A DNA stretch of 64,000 nucleotides, from assembly GCF_036321535.1 (NCBI RefSeq), contig NC_087437.1:24120001-24184000 (forward strand), given 5' to 3'. The notes below the pieces were generated by a model. That model did no database searches, had not been told where the DNA came from, and saw nothing but the letters and a program-made list of their open reading frames with translations. Below are positions 1 to 12,508 of the stretch, piece after piece. Position 1 is the first letter of the stretch; the number at the start of each line of letters is the position of its first letter. This DNA is from Camelus dromedarius. Lineage: Eukaryota. The translations under genes were made by a program, and so were the position numbers.

Positions 1-807
1 GCAGGGTGTGATTCTTGCAGGTCTTGGTTTATTGAGTTAATGAGTTTATTTCTGATGCAAGGAAACGGAATTAACATTTATTTAAATTGGCAATATTTTA
101 AAGTTTATTTCTATAGAATGTCAGAATAAAAACGACATGTACATGTTTTTTTACATTTGCTGTTCTCAGACAAGACATGGTTGAAAACATTTATAAAAAT
201 GAATCTCAAATATTTATAGATATGGAGTTTAGAAAAAATCAATTTAAAAAATTTAGATATTTTGCACTTATATACAGGGTTAAAAACAAAAGGATTTTGT
301 TCAGTCCAGTACAAAATTTGTTGGTCCTTGAATTTTAATCTCTATTTTGTTATTTATACCTATATATTCAAAGAATAAGCAAATCTTACCCTGAAATATA
401 AGAAAGCATTTGCAAGTATATAAGCTGGATTTCTTTATATTGAGATACTGTGTGTCCAGCGTTTGATTATTTACATTGATTTATAAAGATGGTGATATGG
501 TAAAATTTATTCCCAGAAAGCAGCACATGTTGCAAATTCTTTCTTAAATTTAAAACTATTTAAAACTGTTTATGGGTTAATATATGCCATAGGAAAATTG
601 CTGCAGAACTTTGAAGAAATTATGTGGCTTTATCCTGTGGAAGTTTATAGAGACAACTTTTTGTAATAAATGTTCCTCAGAAACTATGAAATCTATTTGA
701 GAATTCCCAGTATGTTTTACGCTTTTCTGATGCATATTCATCAAATCAGTGTTATTAAGCTTGTACTTAAGCATAATGTTAAGTGTGTGCACTCTTGAAC
801 TGAACTC

Positions 808-1170
808 CTTGGGCTTGAATATTGGTCCTGACACTAGCTGTGTGACTTTGGAGAGTTTGCTTAATCTCTCTGTGCCTTCATTTTCTTTCTGTCTTTTTGT
901 TTTGTTTTGGCTTGTTTTGGTGGGGAGGTAATTAGGTTCATTTATTTATCTCTTTATTTTAATGGTAGTGCTTGGGATCAAACCCAGGACCTCATGCATG
1001 CTAAGCATGTGCTCTACCACTGAGTACCCTCCCCCCTTCATTTTCTTTCTCTTTAAAATGTATGGAATAATATTGCCCATCTCACAGGTTTGTTACAATG
1101 AGTAGAAGAAGAAAAATATATAGTTATTACTTAGAAGCGTGATGGCACAAACATTGCAGTGATTGCTATT
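808..1170 (+). mobile_element. MIR SINE remnant split by the SINE at 891-1034
   Basis: Core-like ACTAGCTGTGTGACTTTGG...TTAATCTCTCTGTGCCT resumes after the TSD as TTTAAAATG...AATAATA...TCTCACAGG. Confidence 0.7.
891..1034 (-). mobile_element. tRNA-Ala-derived SINE (camelid Vic-1 type) inserted into a MIR
   Basis: Reverse complement reads GGGGAGGGTACTCAGTGGTAGAGCACATGCTTAGCATGCATGAGGTCCTGGGTTTGATCCC (A/B boxes), then an A-rich tail. 16-bp TSD CCTTCATTTTCTTTCT at 875-890 and 1035-1050. Confidence 0.9.
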
Positions 1171-2087
1171 ATGCCAGGAAAACAAAGACAAAAGAGCCAG
1201 GATCCCTGTTCTCAAGGAGCATGTTACTTAAGTCAGAAGATAGTTGGGTGTTTTTGAGGTATGGGCACAAACTAGGCATCGGAGATACAAAGATGTATGC
1301 TTCAAGGTGCTCCCAGGCACAGGTGGGAGACTCATAATGCAGTGCAGTAAATGAAGTGATAAATGTGTGTTCTGGCAAGAATACAGCGCAGCTAACTTCC
1401 CCACAGCTGGGGGAGGTGGGACTATAGGGGATCAATTCCAGGAGGAGGCATATCTTTAACTGGGTCTTGAAGAAGAGTATGAGTCAGTCAGCAGAGGAGT
1501 ATGAGAACTCTAAGCAGACGGGCCACTCTATGCAAAAGCATCAAACACACGGAAGTGTTAGCTGCTTGAGGAACTCTAAGTAATTCATCCGTGAAATAGA
1601 AGATGCATACAAAAATTTTAAAATGATCTTTTTCCTCAAAGAGATATAAATTCAACAATAAAGGGTGAAATAAGGATACTTTTCATATATATATATATAT
1701 ATGACCTTACACTGTAGTAGAATTTCAGTCTTGTCATTTCATTTGACATGCACATTATCATTTATTATTTGATGTAAGGGAAATAGGGCTGGACATCTAT
1801 CATAGATTACAGCTATATTTTACAAATGCAAATGATACTGGAGAAATTGGAAGTACAAGCAATAAAATGTCAAATGACATCTAATTCCTTCAACTGTAAA
1901 AATGATTGTATCTGGATTAAAAATCAGCATCTGAGGCAAATAGTATTTTAAGAATACTACCCTTAGATCATTATATTATCAATATGGATGTATCATTTAA
2001 AAAATAATTATTAGTTGTGATATTATAATTCATCATAACATAGCTATATGTAATAGATGTGTATATATACTACATAAAATATATATA

Positions 2088-2621
2088 TGTGGTCTTCATC
2101 CCCATTCCTGGCAGAGAGCTCCTAAAATCCTGGTTGGTAAACACATGGTGATTTGTGGGGAGTGGTAGTCTAAGAGGGGCAAGGAGGCTCTTCTCACTTT
2201 GCCCACACCTTGCCGGTCGTGTCTCTTCCACTGGCTGTTTCTGAGTAATACCCTTTTTACTATAAAAACCAATCATCTAGTAAGTAAAATGTTCTGGAAT
2301 TCTGTGAGCTGCCTTTATTAGCAAATTGATCAAACCCAAAGAGAGGGTCACTAGAACCTCTAATTTATAGCTGGTTGGTCAGAAGCACAAGTGACAACCT
2401 GGACTTTTGATTGGCATTTGGCATCTGAAGGAAGGGGCTAGTCTTGTGGGATTGAGCCCTGAACCTGTGGGATCTGATGCTATGTCCAGGTAGATAGTGT
2501 CAGAATTGACTTGAACTGTAGGACACCCAGCTAGTGTTAGAACTGTTCAGTGATGTGAGAGAAAACACACACACACGCACACACATGCACACACACACAC
2601 CCATGAGAACTGGATGTCAGA
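2088..2621 (+). mobile_element. MER21-like ERVL LTR
   Basis: Recalled MER21 motifs AGCAAATTGATCAAACCCAAAGAG, GGTCAGAAGCACAAGTGACAACCTGGAC and GAACCTGTGGGATCTGATGCTATGTCCAGGTAGATAGTGTCAGAATTGA. (CA)n near the end. Confidence 0.75.
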
Positions 2622-2829
2622 ATTATATTAGTGTAATGAAAAGATATAAAACTTTTTAAATGGTTTTACTAACAGGTAGAAAAACAGATAGCAACTGGGC
2701 CAAAATGGCATATTGCATAAAAATTTACCTTTCTTCCAAATTAAATTATGTATTTAATTTTTTGAAGTTGTAAAGAATTATAATGCTAATGCAAATATAT
2801 CATAAGTAAAGTATCTCTCTTTCATGATC

Positions 2830-2832
<3 letters not shown>

Positions 2833-2862
<30 letters not shown>
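2833..2862. repeat. (TA)n microsatellite
   Basis: Run of TA dinucleotides. Confidence 0.95.
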
Positions 2863-2867
<5 letters not shown>

Positions 2868-2899
2868 AAGTAAGCTAGAAATTAAGAGAAATTTCTGTA

Positions 2900-3989
2900 A
2901 GATAAGAAATAGATAGAATTGAGTTAATAGGAAAACCAGACCTGAGTAAACCACAACAAAGAGTATAAGCAAGAAAAAGCTTCTCAAAAGACAAAACAGC
3001 ACTTCTCTTTTGGCTGAAGAAATGCCTATTCAAATTAGAACCTCAACAGAAAATAGGAATAATTAATCTAAAATCTCCTACTTTTGAGAAAAAAGCAACA
3101 CCATGACAGAGACCAAATGAGTAAGCATGAGAAATAGCTCCCATTGAACAGAGTTAAAAGGGGAAATAGAAGACAGTGATGTAAGTAAATAGGAGCAGGA
3201 ACCTTTAGGGAGGAAGGACAGCCATATTCATGAACAACATTCATGAGCAAAAATTAGAGAATGAGCTATGATAAGAAAGAAGAAGCAGTGATCATCAAAA
3301 TATAAAATTCAGTTATGGAAAATGTAACTCAGTTGTCAAAGCAGAAGATAAAATTAGTGAGCTGAAAGATTGTGCTAAGGCAGTAAAGCCACGATGGACA
3401 GAATGTTTCCCTCATTTACAAACTTCATAGAACTTATTATTTTGAATGGTGTTTACACAGTAAAAATGTATATTTACTTACCCAAGTCTAAATATGAACA
3501 TTTGCAACAAAGTAAAGTGGGGAAGATTTTGAATTACAATTCAGCAGCTGGTCACTTTCAGAGCATGTACTGTGTCAGCAAAGGGATAAGGATGTTGGTC
3601 ATCCTGGGTGATTACAGAGGTTACTAAAAACTTGTTAGCCTCCAGCTTCACATTTTTATGCAGAACGCTTTCTGAAAGAATAGAATTTTGATATGAAGAT
3701 GGAAGATATACCTCAACATGTAAAACAAAAGCGCAAAGAGATGGATGAAGACACGTTGATAGATTTAGAAGTCCCAGTGTCCACTGAGTGTGCATTTCAA
3801 AAGGCAAGACCAGGAAATGAGAGGAGTGAAATGCTTCAGAGGGAAGGGAGATATGTCTTCACATCCAAAGTGCCATCGAGATACATAGAAAAAAAACAAA
3901 GTAGACTTAATTTGATGAAACTTCAGGACAAAGAAGATAATGGTGCAATCATAAAAAAAACAATGCTGCAAGAAAAAACAAGCAAGCAG

Positions 3990-4023
<34 letters not shown>

Positions 4024-5380
4024 CTTCGGCTATCTGCAAAGGAGAAAGAATCAAAGTAGTATCAGGTTTTCCCTCAGCAAAACTGAACTGAGAAGGCAAT
4101 AAAGCAGTATCTTCAAAGTTCCAAAGGACTATTGTTTTAAACTTCCAATATCTATCTATATCTTTTTATCTGTCTGTCTATCTACCTACCTGTTTATTAG
4201 AAGCAGTTTTTGAAATGCAACCTGTGACAGATTGCATTTTCAAAAAAAAAATGTCCAGAGTAATATTTCTGGCCCCACACTTTATTGTAGAACCTAGACA
4301 CTCCCCATCAAGATGTAGAGTTTATTCCCCATAACCTTGAACCTGGAAAGTACATTTCAACTGCCATGATGTATATAATGGGGCAGAGATGACAGTAACA
4401 CTGATTATACAAAACTTCTAAATGCAATAGGATAAATAACACCATCAACAAAAAGGGACAAATTTGGAGAAAATTCTTGAAAAATATGAGACAAATAATT
4501 ACCAAACATAATTTGTCTAAAATCCCTTAAAAGTTAATAGAAAAGTTACAACCACAATTTAAAATTTGGGCAAGATTCAAGTATGGACATGCAACAAATA
4601 GGGAAATATACATGGGCAATGAAATACAAAAAAATGCATAACTCATTAAATATCAGGAATATACAAACTGAAGTGGCAGGGAGATGTCACTTTTGCTTAT
4701 AATATTGGCAAAAATAAATTTAAGAATCATAGCATCTAGTGGTAGTAAGGGATTGAGATGCTAAAGACTCTTACACATGACTGACTGTCTTATGAACAGT
4801 ATCTTACAATGTCTAATTGAACTTTAAAAAATTAACATTTCTTAACTCAAGAGGTCCACTTGAAAAAACCTATCATACAGAAATATTTGCATAAGTATGT
4901 GTGTGCTTGTGTGTATGTACGCATATTCATACAAAAAGTTAATTAGAACAGTATTGGTGATCCCCAAAGTTAAAAATAACCAAAATACTCATGCTCATTT
5001 TAAAATTCCGGCACGTACTTAATACACAGTATAAGACAAAATAATACAACAGTTAAATCAAACAAGGTAAATGTATTTATATTGATAGGTGTGTAAAAAT
5101 GATATATATATATAATATTATAAAGAAGACAGAAATAGTACTTTTTATATAATTTGACTTATGTTACAAGTAAACATAAGTGTATATGAATTTATATAAA
5201 TGCTTACATATATAAAACCATTGGGAAGGATATACAACAATCCATGTATCACTAGAAATTAATTTTGGCAGAGAAGTAGTTGTGTGTGACCAGCATATGA
5301 GTAGTTTCCATTTTTACATATGTATTTTGGTGTTTGATTTCTTAAGAGTATGATAATATATGTGAATATATACTGTTTAT
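2900..5380 (+). mobile_element. Old degraded L1 fragments (ORF1-like and 3' end), with a short MLT1 piece at ~4223-4400
   Basis: A-rich strand bias with L1-like motifs (TCAGCAAAACTG...GAAGGCAAT...TATCTTCAAAGT; AAAATTTGGGCAAGA; ATATTGGCAAAAAT). (CA)n at 3994-4022. Confidence 0.55.
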
Positions 5381-5419
5381 TTTGTAATGAAAATATTTAG
5401 GGGAAAATAAATTCTACAC

Positions 5420-5865
5420 GTTGAGGAGGCTTTGTGGGGACAGATTATTGTTGCTCCATGTGGTGTCACCTGGGAAAGCTCAATTGGGACTGGAGGATCT
5501 ACTTCCAAAATGGCCTCATTGACTTGGCTTTCAAGTTGGCGCTCTTTCTCAACTGGGAGCTCAGCTAGAGTTGTTGATCTGGGATCTTGTTTCTTCATGT
5601 TACCCCTGCGTCTGGCAAGGTCGGTCATATCACAGTAAGACAGTCTCAGGGTAGTTGACTTCTCATATGGTGATTGGTATCCTCCAAAGTGAAACAGAAC
5701 TTGGGACATTTTCTTAAATCTTGGACCCGGAGATGCTAAAACAACACTACCTCCCCATTCTATTGGTCAAAGCAGCCCCAGGACCAGTATAGAAAAAAAG
5801 GGGAGTGAACTGTACAAGGGCATGAATAAAAGGGGGATATGGTTCATTGGGGGCCCTCAAAGCAT
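5420..5865 (-). mobile_element. Old MLT1 (MaLR) LTR
   Basis: GGGACTGGAGGATCTACTTCCAAAATGGC and CCATTCTATTGGTCAAAGCA resemble antisense MLT1H/J-type LTR motifs. Confidence 0.65.
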
Positions 5866-6624
5866 CAGAATACTACGAGCTATCAAAAGATGGAGGCTGG
5901 GACTGCACGAATAGCTGGCGAATTGAACAGGAATCGAAGGGAGAGAGCCAAAGCAGGAAGGATGCCCTATCTACATATAAACTCCTTTAGATTCTTAATT
6001 GTTCTCCGAACTGAGCAAGATCAGGGAATACTCAGAGAAGCCAAGCAGAAAGGGACAGCTGGAAGTTGGAAAAAGCTGGGCAGAGATTTCAACTGCTTTC
6101 CACTGCTGGGGGAAAAAAAAAAAGCTAGAATTTCAGTCTCACCAAGTTAGAGATCAGACAAAAACCTCAGGCTTTCTACTGAAATTTTAAGGAAGCAAAT
6201 CTATATGCAAGGAATAAATAATAAGGACAAAACCCATACAGTCTCATCTTAGCAAAGTGAGGTTCCGCAAGATGAGTGTGACTCAGTCTAAGTCTAATTT
6301 TACTCTCTAATAGAACACATACCAACTCTGTTCAGAGGAAGATGAAAAGAATCCAGAGTCTTTAAACATGCTACTCAAATTTACAATAGAATATGACTCA
6401 CAGATAAGAAGAATAAGCAGTTGACTGTAAAAGACCCCAAGATGATCCAGACATTGGAATTAGCAGACTAGGACTTAAAGTAGCTCTTAAAAATATGTTC
6501 AAGAATTTAAAGGAAAAGATAAACAGACTATTAGCAGAGAAAATTCAGTATCTGAAATAAAAAACGTATTGGGTGGTTTTACAGGTGATTAGAGAAGTCA
6601 GAAAATCAGGTCAGCCGTCAAGTA

Positions 6625-7030
6625 TGTGGTTGGCAGGACAGTGGCTCCCAAAGTTGCCCACTTCCTAATCTCTAGAACCTGTAAAAAAAGGTTTTTTTGC
6701 CTTATATGGAAAAAGGATTTTGTGGCTGTGACTAAATTAACGATCATGAGATGGGATTATCTGGATGGGCCCAATGTAATCACAGGGGTCTTTGTAAGAG
6801 GAAGGCGGGAGGTCAAAGTAAGAGGTTGGAATATGCTAAACTTGCTAGTTTCGAAGGTGGAAGAAGGGGACAGGAATCAAAGAATGCAGCTGCTAGAAAC
6901 TGGAAAAAGCAAGAGAATGGACTCCTTGCTGGAGTCTCCAGAGGAAGTGGGGGCTTGCTGGCTCCTGGATTTTAGCCCAGAGAAACCCATTTTAGACTGC
7001 TGACGTCCACAGCTGAGGGGAAGTAAATTT
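6625..7030 (+). mobile_element. MLT1D-like MaLR LTR
   Basis: TGTGGTTGGCAG start; GATTATCTGGATGGGCCCAATGTAATCACAGGGGTC; AGAAACTGGAAAAAGCAAG; GATTTTAGCCCAG. Confidence 0.8.
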
Positions 7031-7880
7031 TATGCCAAGACCTGCAGAGTAGGAAAGTGCCAGTTATGAGAAGAGTGAAGGAAAAAGAGTTCCAGGTATG
7101 GGAAAAAAGTGAGGGGAATGGCCTTGAGCCAAGAAAGAACTTGACACACCTGAGAATTTCAGTGAACCCATATTAACTCTGGATGAGTGAGTGGGTTTGA
7201 GAGATGTGCCCAGAGCATTAGGCAAGAAATTCATCACTTCTGAACCTGGAGGAAAATTAAATGAATGGTTTTCAAAACATTTTATTGTATGTAATATCTA
7301 CCTAATATAAAATGTATAGATTTGAATTTGAGCATATAACTGTAATATGTACTGTTGAGAAAATTTCAGAGAAACATGGATGGGAAAATAAAAGGATAAA
7401 ACTTAAGGTTTTATTTTTAGAGTAAATTAGCTGTGATATATTACTGTTTTTCTATGAGGCATTGAATACACATGGCTGGCTGAGTGGATATAATCTTTCT
7501 CCCAGCATCCTTTGTGGATCAATAAAAGATACGTATATGAAAAATGGGAATATTCCAAATAGTATCTAATTACTTAAGTAGCATGCTATTTTAGAAACAA
7601 TAAAACACAAGAATGGATTACGTGGTGAACAGAAATAGCCGTCAGAAATGATGCCCAATGTCTGTCAGGCCTAGGAGGGAGAGGAATCCTGTCTGAGCCT
7701 CTTTGCACCGTGTCCACCACTTTGCTTTCTGATCTGCAACTTTTGGTTCTTGGTTTCCTTATTGACGGCATATTTCTTACTCTTGGAATTTGTCTTATGT
7801 TTATGTTTAGCTGATCACTGTCAACCTCCATAAGGTGTAGACCCTTGTCTTAATGCTTCCAAATCCAGAAGAGCACTTAC

Positions 7881-8080
7881 GTGCTTCATCTGCTGTGCTG
7901 AACTCCTCGACCCCATTCTCTGGACCATCTTGGCACCAGGGCTACCTGTTCTAGGCACTGTCCTCAAGACCTTGAATTTCTGCTCCCTTCCTGCTCTACC
8001 TCAGCCCCTACCAGGGGGTTCACACATGCATTCGAGAGTAGCATCGATAACATCTTTTTAAACAAGATGAAATTTTACAT
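7881..8080 (-). pseudogene. Candidate exon remnant of a decayed minus-strand gene
   Basis: Acceptor ctcatctcatttcag| at 8081 and donor |GTAAGT at 7880-7875 bound a 200-nt unique, GC-richer segment. All frames contain stops. Confidence 0.35.
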
Positions 8081-8554
8081 CTGAAATGAGATGAGCAAAA
8101 CTTCACAGGCTTTTCAAAATGTAAAGCTATAAAAATAATTACTGAATGTCTCTATGTTAATACATAATATATAGCGAAGTAAATTCTATTTTATAATAAA
8201 GTAAAAAGTACCAAAAAGTTTTCATAAATTAGCTTTCACCTTCAATAAATATTGAATATATAATAATGATGTATAATACTATTATATAATAAAAGAATAG
8301 TATATAATACTATACATATTAAATAATTTATTATTCAAGCTCTCTTAGACTGTCTTCAAATTGTATCTTTAGGAAGTCATTAATGAATATAATTTGATTG
8401 AAAACCTTATTGTGCATTTGTCTACATCACAACAAAATGCTTTTAAAAGTATTTTTATAGGATTGCATGCCAGTAACGGAGCTCTCAAGAAATTGCCACT
8501 GGAATTTATAAGAAGTTAGTGGTGTACTATCTTGGGTCTCCATATATTTTGTAC

Positions 8555-8716
8555 CTTTGAAAATTCCCGAACCATTTCAAATGGCAAGTACATTTTCTTA
8601 CTACTTTTTTAAATCCAAAATAATGAATTTCAAATCTTTTCTATGTGTATAGTAAAGATAAAATTTTATGCTGATATTTCGAGGAGAATGTTTACTATCT
8701 TCCTTTACTGATGAAG
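8555..8716 (-). pseudogene. Candidate 162-nt exon remnant
   Basis: Acceptor ttccattttaatgcaag| and donor AAG|GTACAA. Reads SSVKEDSKHSPRNISIKFYLYYTHRKDLKFIILDLKK. An alternative frame runs open across the joint into the 8080 exon. Confidence 0.3.
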
Positions 8717-9311
8717 CTTGCATTAAAATGGAAATAATCATTTTGGTTTACTCAATGTCATATTATCTAATTTAGTAAAGAGAAGAACCAATTTACTATT
8801 TTGGGGTCACAATTTTGATAATGAATACAATTTTTTTCATACACCTAAGGTTTACATTAAAGTTTAGACTACTTTGTTTTAGTTTGATTTTACAAAATCT
8901 CTGAATCTTGGACAAGATTTAACAATGTGCTTGATTTCAAAAATGTTTGCCATACATTCAGCATATAAGTTACTGAAACAAAGCCTTGACAGATTTGAGG
9001 GGGTTAGGAATTTTCAGAGAAAATACTATGTATAAAACAGCGAATGGTAACATGCTCCAAAGTTTTAAGTTAAATGAGATTGCATTAATAAGGAACAAGT
9101 TAACACTTCTCTCATTAGAAAATGTATTTCATTTAGTGAAATGCCAAAAGGTGTCTTTTGTCCATGGTCTCTGGAAGGAAAGCAAGTGACAGTTGCCCTT
9201 TATTTTAATATAGAGATCGAGAATTGTAGAAATAAGTGGAACAATCATTCACCTTTTTATTAAACAATGACAGAAAAAAAGGAAGAAAAACCACACTGAC
9301 TACATTGGGTT

Positions 9312-10638
9312 TTAATCTGCAGAAGTGGGTTGAACTGTCCAGATGGTATGATTGGACTGAATATTAGACAAAAGACACTGATGCTTCATGACAAGAGTGC
9401 ATGGATGGTGCTGAAACATGATGGTGTAAACAGAAGGAATCCCTCTTTCCCAGTTTGCATTTCCTCTTCTCTCCTCCAACCTCATCTCACTTGACATTTG
9501 ACAGTTGGCAGATACCTCATCCCAAGAAACAGAGCCAGATATTTGATTTGAATAATCACACAGAAACTATCTCCCTTTAATGCCCATGACCAACTTGTTT
9601 GCATTTTCTGTTTCTTGAATTATGTGAAAATGTTCACTAAAAACAGTTGGAACATTGGCTGGGTTATCAGGTCCTGGATGAAGGGAATCAAGAGTTCTTT
9701 TCTTGGGCTTTCTCATGAATGTAGACTATAGCAGTTTGTTTCTTTCATTAAAAGAAAAAAGGTGCTTTGTTGAGGGAATTAAACTTTAAGAATTGTTGCC
9801 TGATTTGTGCTTTTGGCTTTTGGACAATCTCTGAAATTTTTCAGAGGTGTCAGTTTGACAGAATTTGACAGTCAGTAGACATGGCTGTGATTTTTATGTA
9901 GCTCCTGTTCATTGCGTTCTTTTGTGTGTGTAGTATTGGAAATAATGCTTGTCTTTGGTATTGAGAGTGGAGACTTACTACTTTTTTTCTGTATATATTT
10001 TTTTATTGAAGTGTAGCCAGTTTACAATGTTGTGTCAATTTCTGGTGTACAGCATAATGTTTCAGTCATACATGAACATGCAAAATTCATTTTCATATTC
10101 TTTTTCACTATGTTACTGTAAGATATTGAATATAGTTCCCTGTGCTATACAGTATGAATTTGTTGTTTATCTATTTTATATATATTAGTTAGTATCTGCA
10201 ATTCTTGAACTCCCAATTTATCCCTTCTCACCTCCTTCTCCCTTCTCCCTTCCCCCTCTGGTAACCATAAGTTTGTTTTCTATGTCTGTAAGTCTGTTTC
10301 TGTTTTGTAAATAAGTTTGTTTGTCTTTTTTTTTTTTTTAGATTCTACATGAGTGATATCAAATGGTATTTTTCTTTCTCTGTCTAGCTTACTTCACTTA
10401 GAATGACAATCCCTAGGTTCATCTATGTTGATGTGAATGGCATTATTTTATTTTTATGGCTGAGTAGTATTCCCTTGTATAAATATACCACAGCTTCTTT
10501 ATCCAGTCATCTGTCAATGGACATTTAGGTTGTTTCTATGTCTTGAGCTTACGATTTGTGATGAAATAATCAAACACTATGCATTTGGGCCTAGTCATAT
10601 CCATTTTAGAATGAGAATAAGCTGTTGCAAAGGACTTA
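9312..10638 (-). pseudogene. Candidate large exon remnant interrupted by an L1 insertion
   Basis: Strong acceptor ttctccttgtgtttttaatcag| at 10639. Frame KSFATAYSHSKMDMTRPKCIVFDYFITNRK continues as SPLSIPKTSIISNTTHTKERNEQELHKNH once the L1 is removed. Later, in another frame, FMRKPKKRTLDSLHPGPDNPANVPTVFSEH... Confidence 0.4.
9983..10545 (-). mobile_element. 5'-truncated L1 3' end
   Basis: T-rich tail then typical L1 3'UTR motifs (TTTATTGAAGTGTAG, GGTAACCATAAGTTTGTTTTCTATGTC, ATGGCTGAGTAGTATTC). Confidence 0.9.
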
Positions 10639-11056
10639 CTGATTAAAAACACAAGGAGAAGCACCAACAAAACCCAGGAGTGAACTCCCTGACTACATAA
10701 ATATATATCCTCCTACAAAATCTTCACTTATTCAACAGAATTTTGTTTAGCACATGCAATGTGTCCCTTCCTGTGGACACAAGAGAGAAATAAAGGCCAG
10801 TTCTTCTCCCAAGAGACATCAAGCAAAGTGGACACTGTGGGGACCATCTCTGATTTCATTTCTCTAAAACAGCAAAAATAATTTTTAATGAAATTAAAAA
10901 ATATAGAACTGTCATTAGCATATGAATTAGTCAATACTTAAGTGTAATCTAACAAAAACTTATAAGATTCTTACAAAAATCTACAAGTAGATCTACAAGA
11001 TCAAGTAAAAAATAAAATAAAGAGAGAAACGCTATGTTCACGGACTGGAAAACTCA

Positions 11057-12508
11057 AATTTTTTTTAGCGTTTTTTATTGATTTATAATCATTTTACAAC
11101 ATTGTGTCAAATTCCAGTGTAGAGCACAATTTTTCAGTTACACATGAACATATATATATTCATTGTCACATTTTTTTCTCTGTGCGCTACCATAAGATCT
11201 TGTGTATATTTCCCTGTGCTATAGAGTATAATCTTGTTTATCTGTTCTACAATTTTGAAATCCCATCTGTCTCTTCCCACTCTTCACTCCCTTGGCAACC
11301 ACAAGTTTGTATTCTATGTCTATGAGTCTGTTTCTGTTTTGTATTTATGCTTTGTTTGTTTGTTTTTGTTTTTTGTTTTTTTAGATTCCACATATGAGCG
11401 ATCTCATATGGTCTTTCTCTTTCTCTTTCTGGCTTACTTCACTTAGAATGACATTCTCCAGGAGCATCCATGTTGCTGCAAATGGTGTTATGTTGTTGGT
11501 TTTTATGTCTGAGTAGTATTCCATTGTATAAATATACCACTACTTCTTTATCCAGTCATCTGTTGATGGACATTTAGACTGTCTCCATGTCTTGGCTATT
11601 GTAAATAGTGCTGCTATGAACATTGGGGTGCAGGTGTCATCCTGAAGTAGGGTTCCTTCTGGATATATGCCCAGGAGCGGGATTCCTGGGTCATATGGTA
11701 AGTCTATTCCTAGTCTTTTGAGGAATCTCCATACTGTTTTCCACAGTGGCTGCACCAAACTGCATTCCCACCAGCAGTGTAGGAGGGTTCCCCTTTCTCC
11801 ACAGCCTCTCCAGCATTTGTCATTTGTGGATTTTTGAATGATGGCCATTCTGATTGGTGTGAGGTGATACCTCATTGTAGTTTTGATTTGCATTTGTCTG
11901 ATAATTAGTGATATTGAGCATTTTTCATGTGCCTATTGATCATTTGTATGTCTTCCTTGGAGAATTGCTTGTTTAGGTCTTTTGCCCATTTTTGGATTGG
12001 GTTGTTTGGTTGTTTCTTATTAAGTCATATGAGCTGCTTATATATTCCGGAGATCAAGCCTTTGTCAGTTTCATTTGCAAAAATTGTCTCCCATTCCGTA
12101 GGTTGTCATTTTGTTTTATTTACAATTTCCTTTGCTGTGCAGAATCTTATAAGTTTCATTAGGTCCCATTTGTTGATTCTTGCTTTTATTTCTATTGCTT
12201 GAGTAGACTGTTCTAGGAGAGCATTTTTGAGATGTATGTCAGATAATGTTTTGCCTATATTTTCTTCTAGGAGGTTTATTGTATCTTGTCTTATGTTTAA
12301 GTCTTTGATCCATTTTGAGTTGATTTTTGTGTATGGTACTGTAAGGGAGTGTTCTAGCTTCATTGCTTTACATGCTGCTGTCCAGTTTTCCCAATACCAT
12401 TTGCTGAAGAGACTGTCTTTATTCCATTGTATATTCTTACCTCCTTTGTCGAAGATTAGTTGACCAAAAGTTTGTGGGTTCATTTCTGGGCTCTCTATTC
12501 TGTTCCCT
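11057..12508 (-). mobile_element. Young 5'-truncated L1 (ORF2 C-terminus plus 3'UTR) nested in an older L1 ORF2 fragment
   Basis: ORFs 11540-11893 and 12106-12483 match the L1 ORF2 C-terminus ([30 protein letters not shown]). TSD TGGAAAACTCA at 11046-11056 and 12509-12519. Confidence 0.95.

Noticed and set aside
3693..4091. 132-aa ORF as a host gene
   Set aside because: Lies in A-rich degraded L1-like sequence and reads through a (CA)n repeat.
6626..7003. 125-aa ORF
   Set aside because: Entirely within an MLT1D-like LTR; chance frame.
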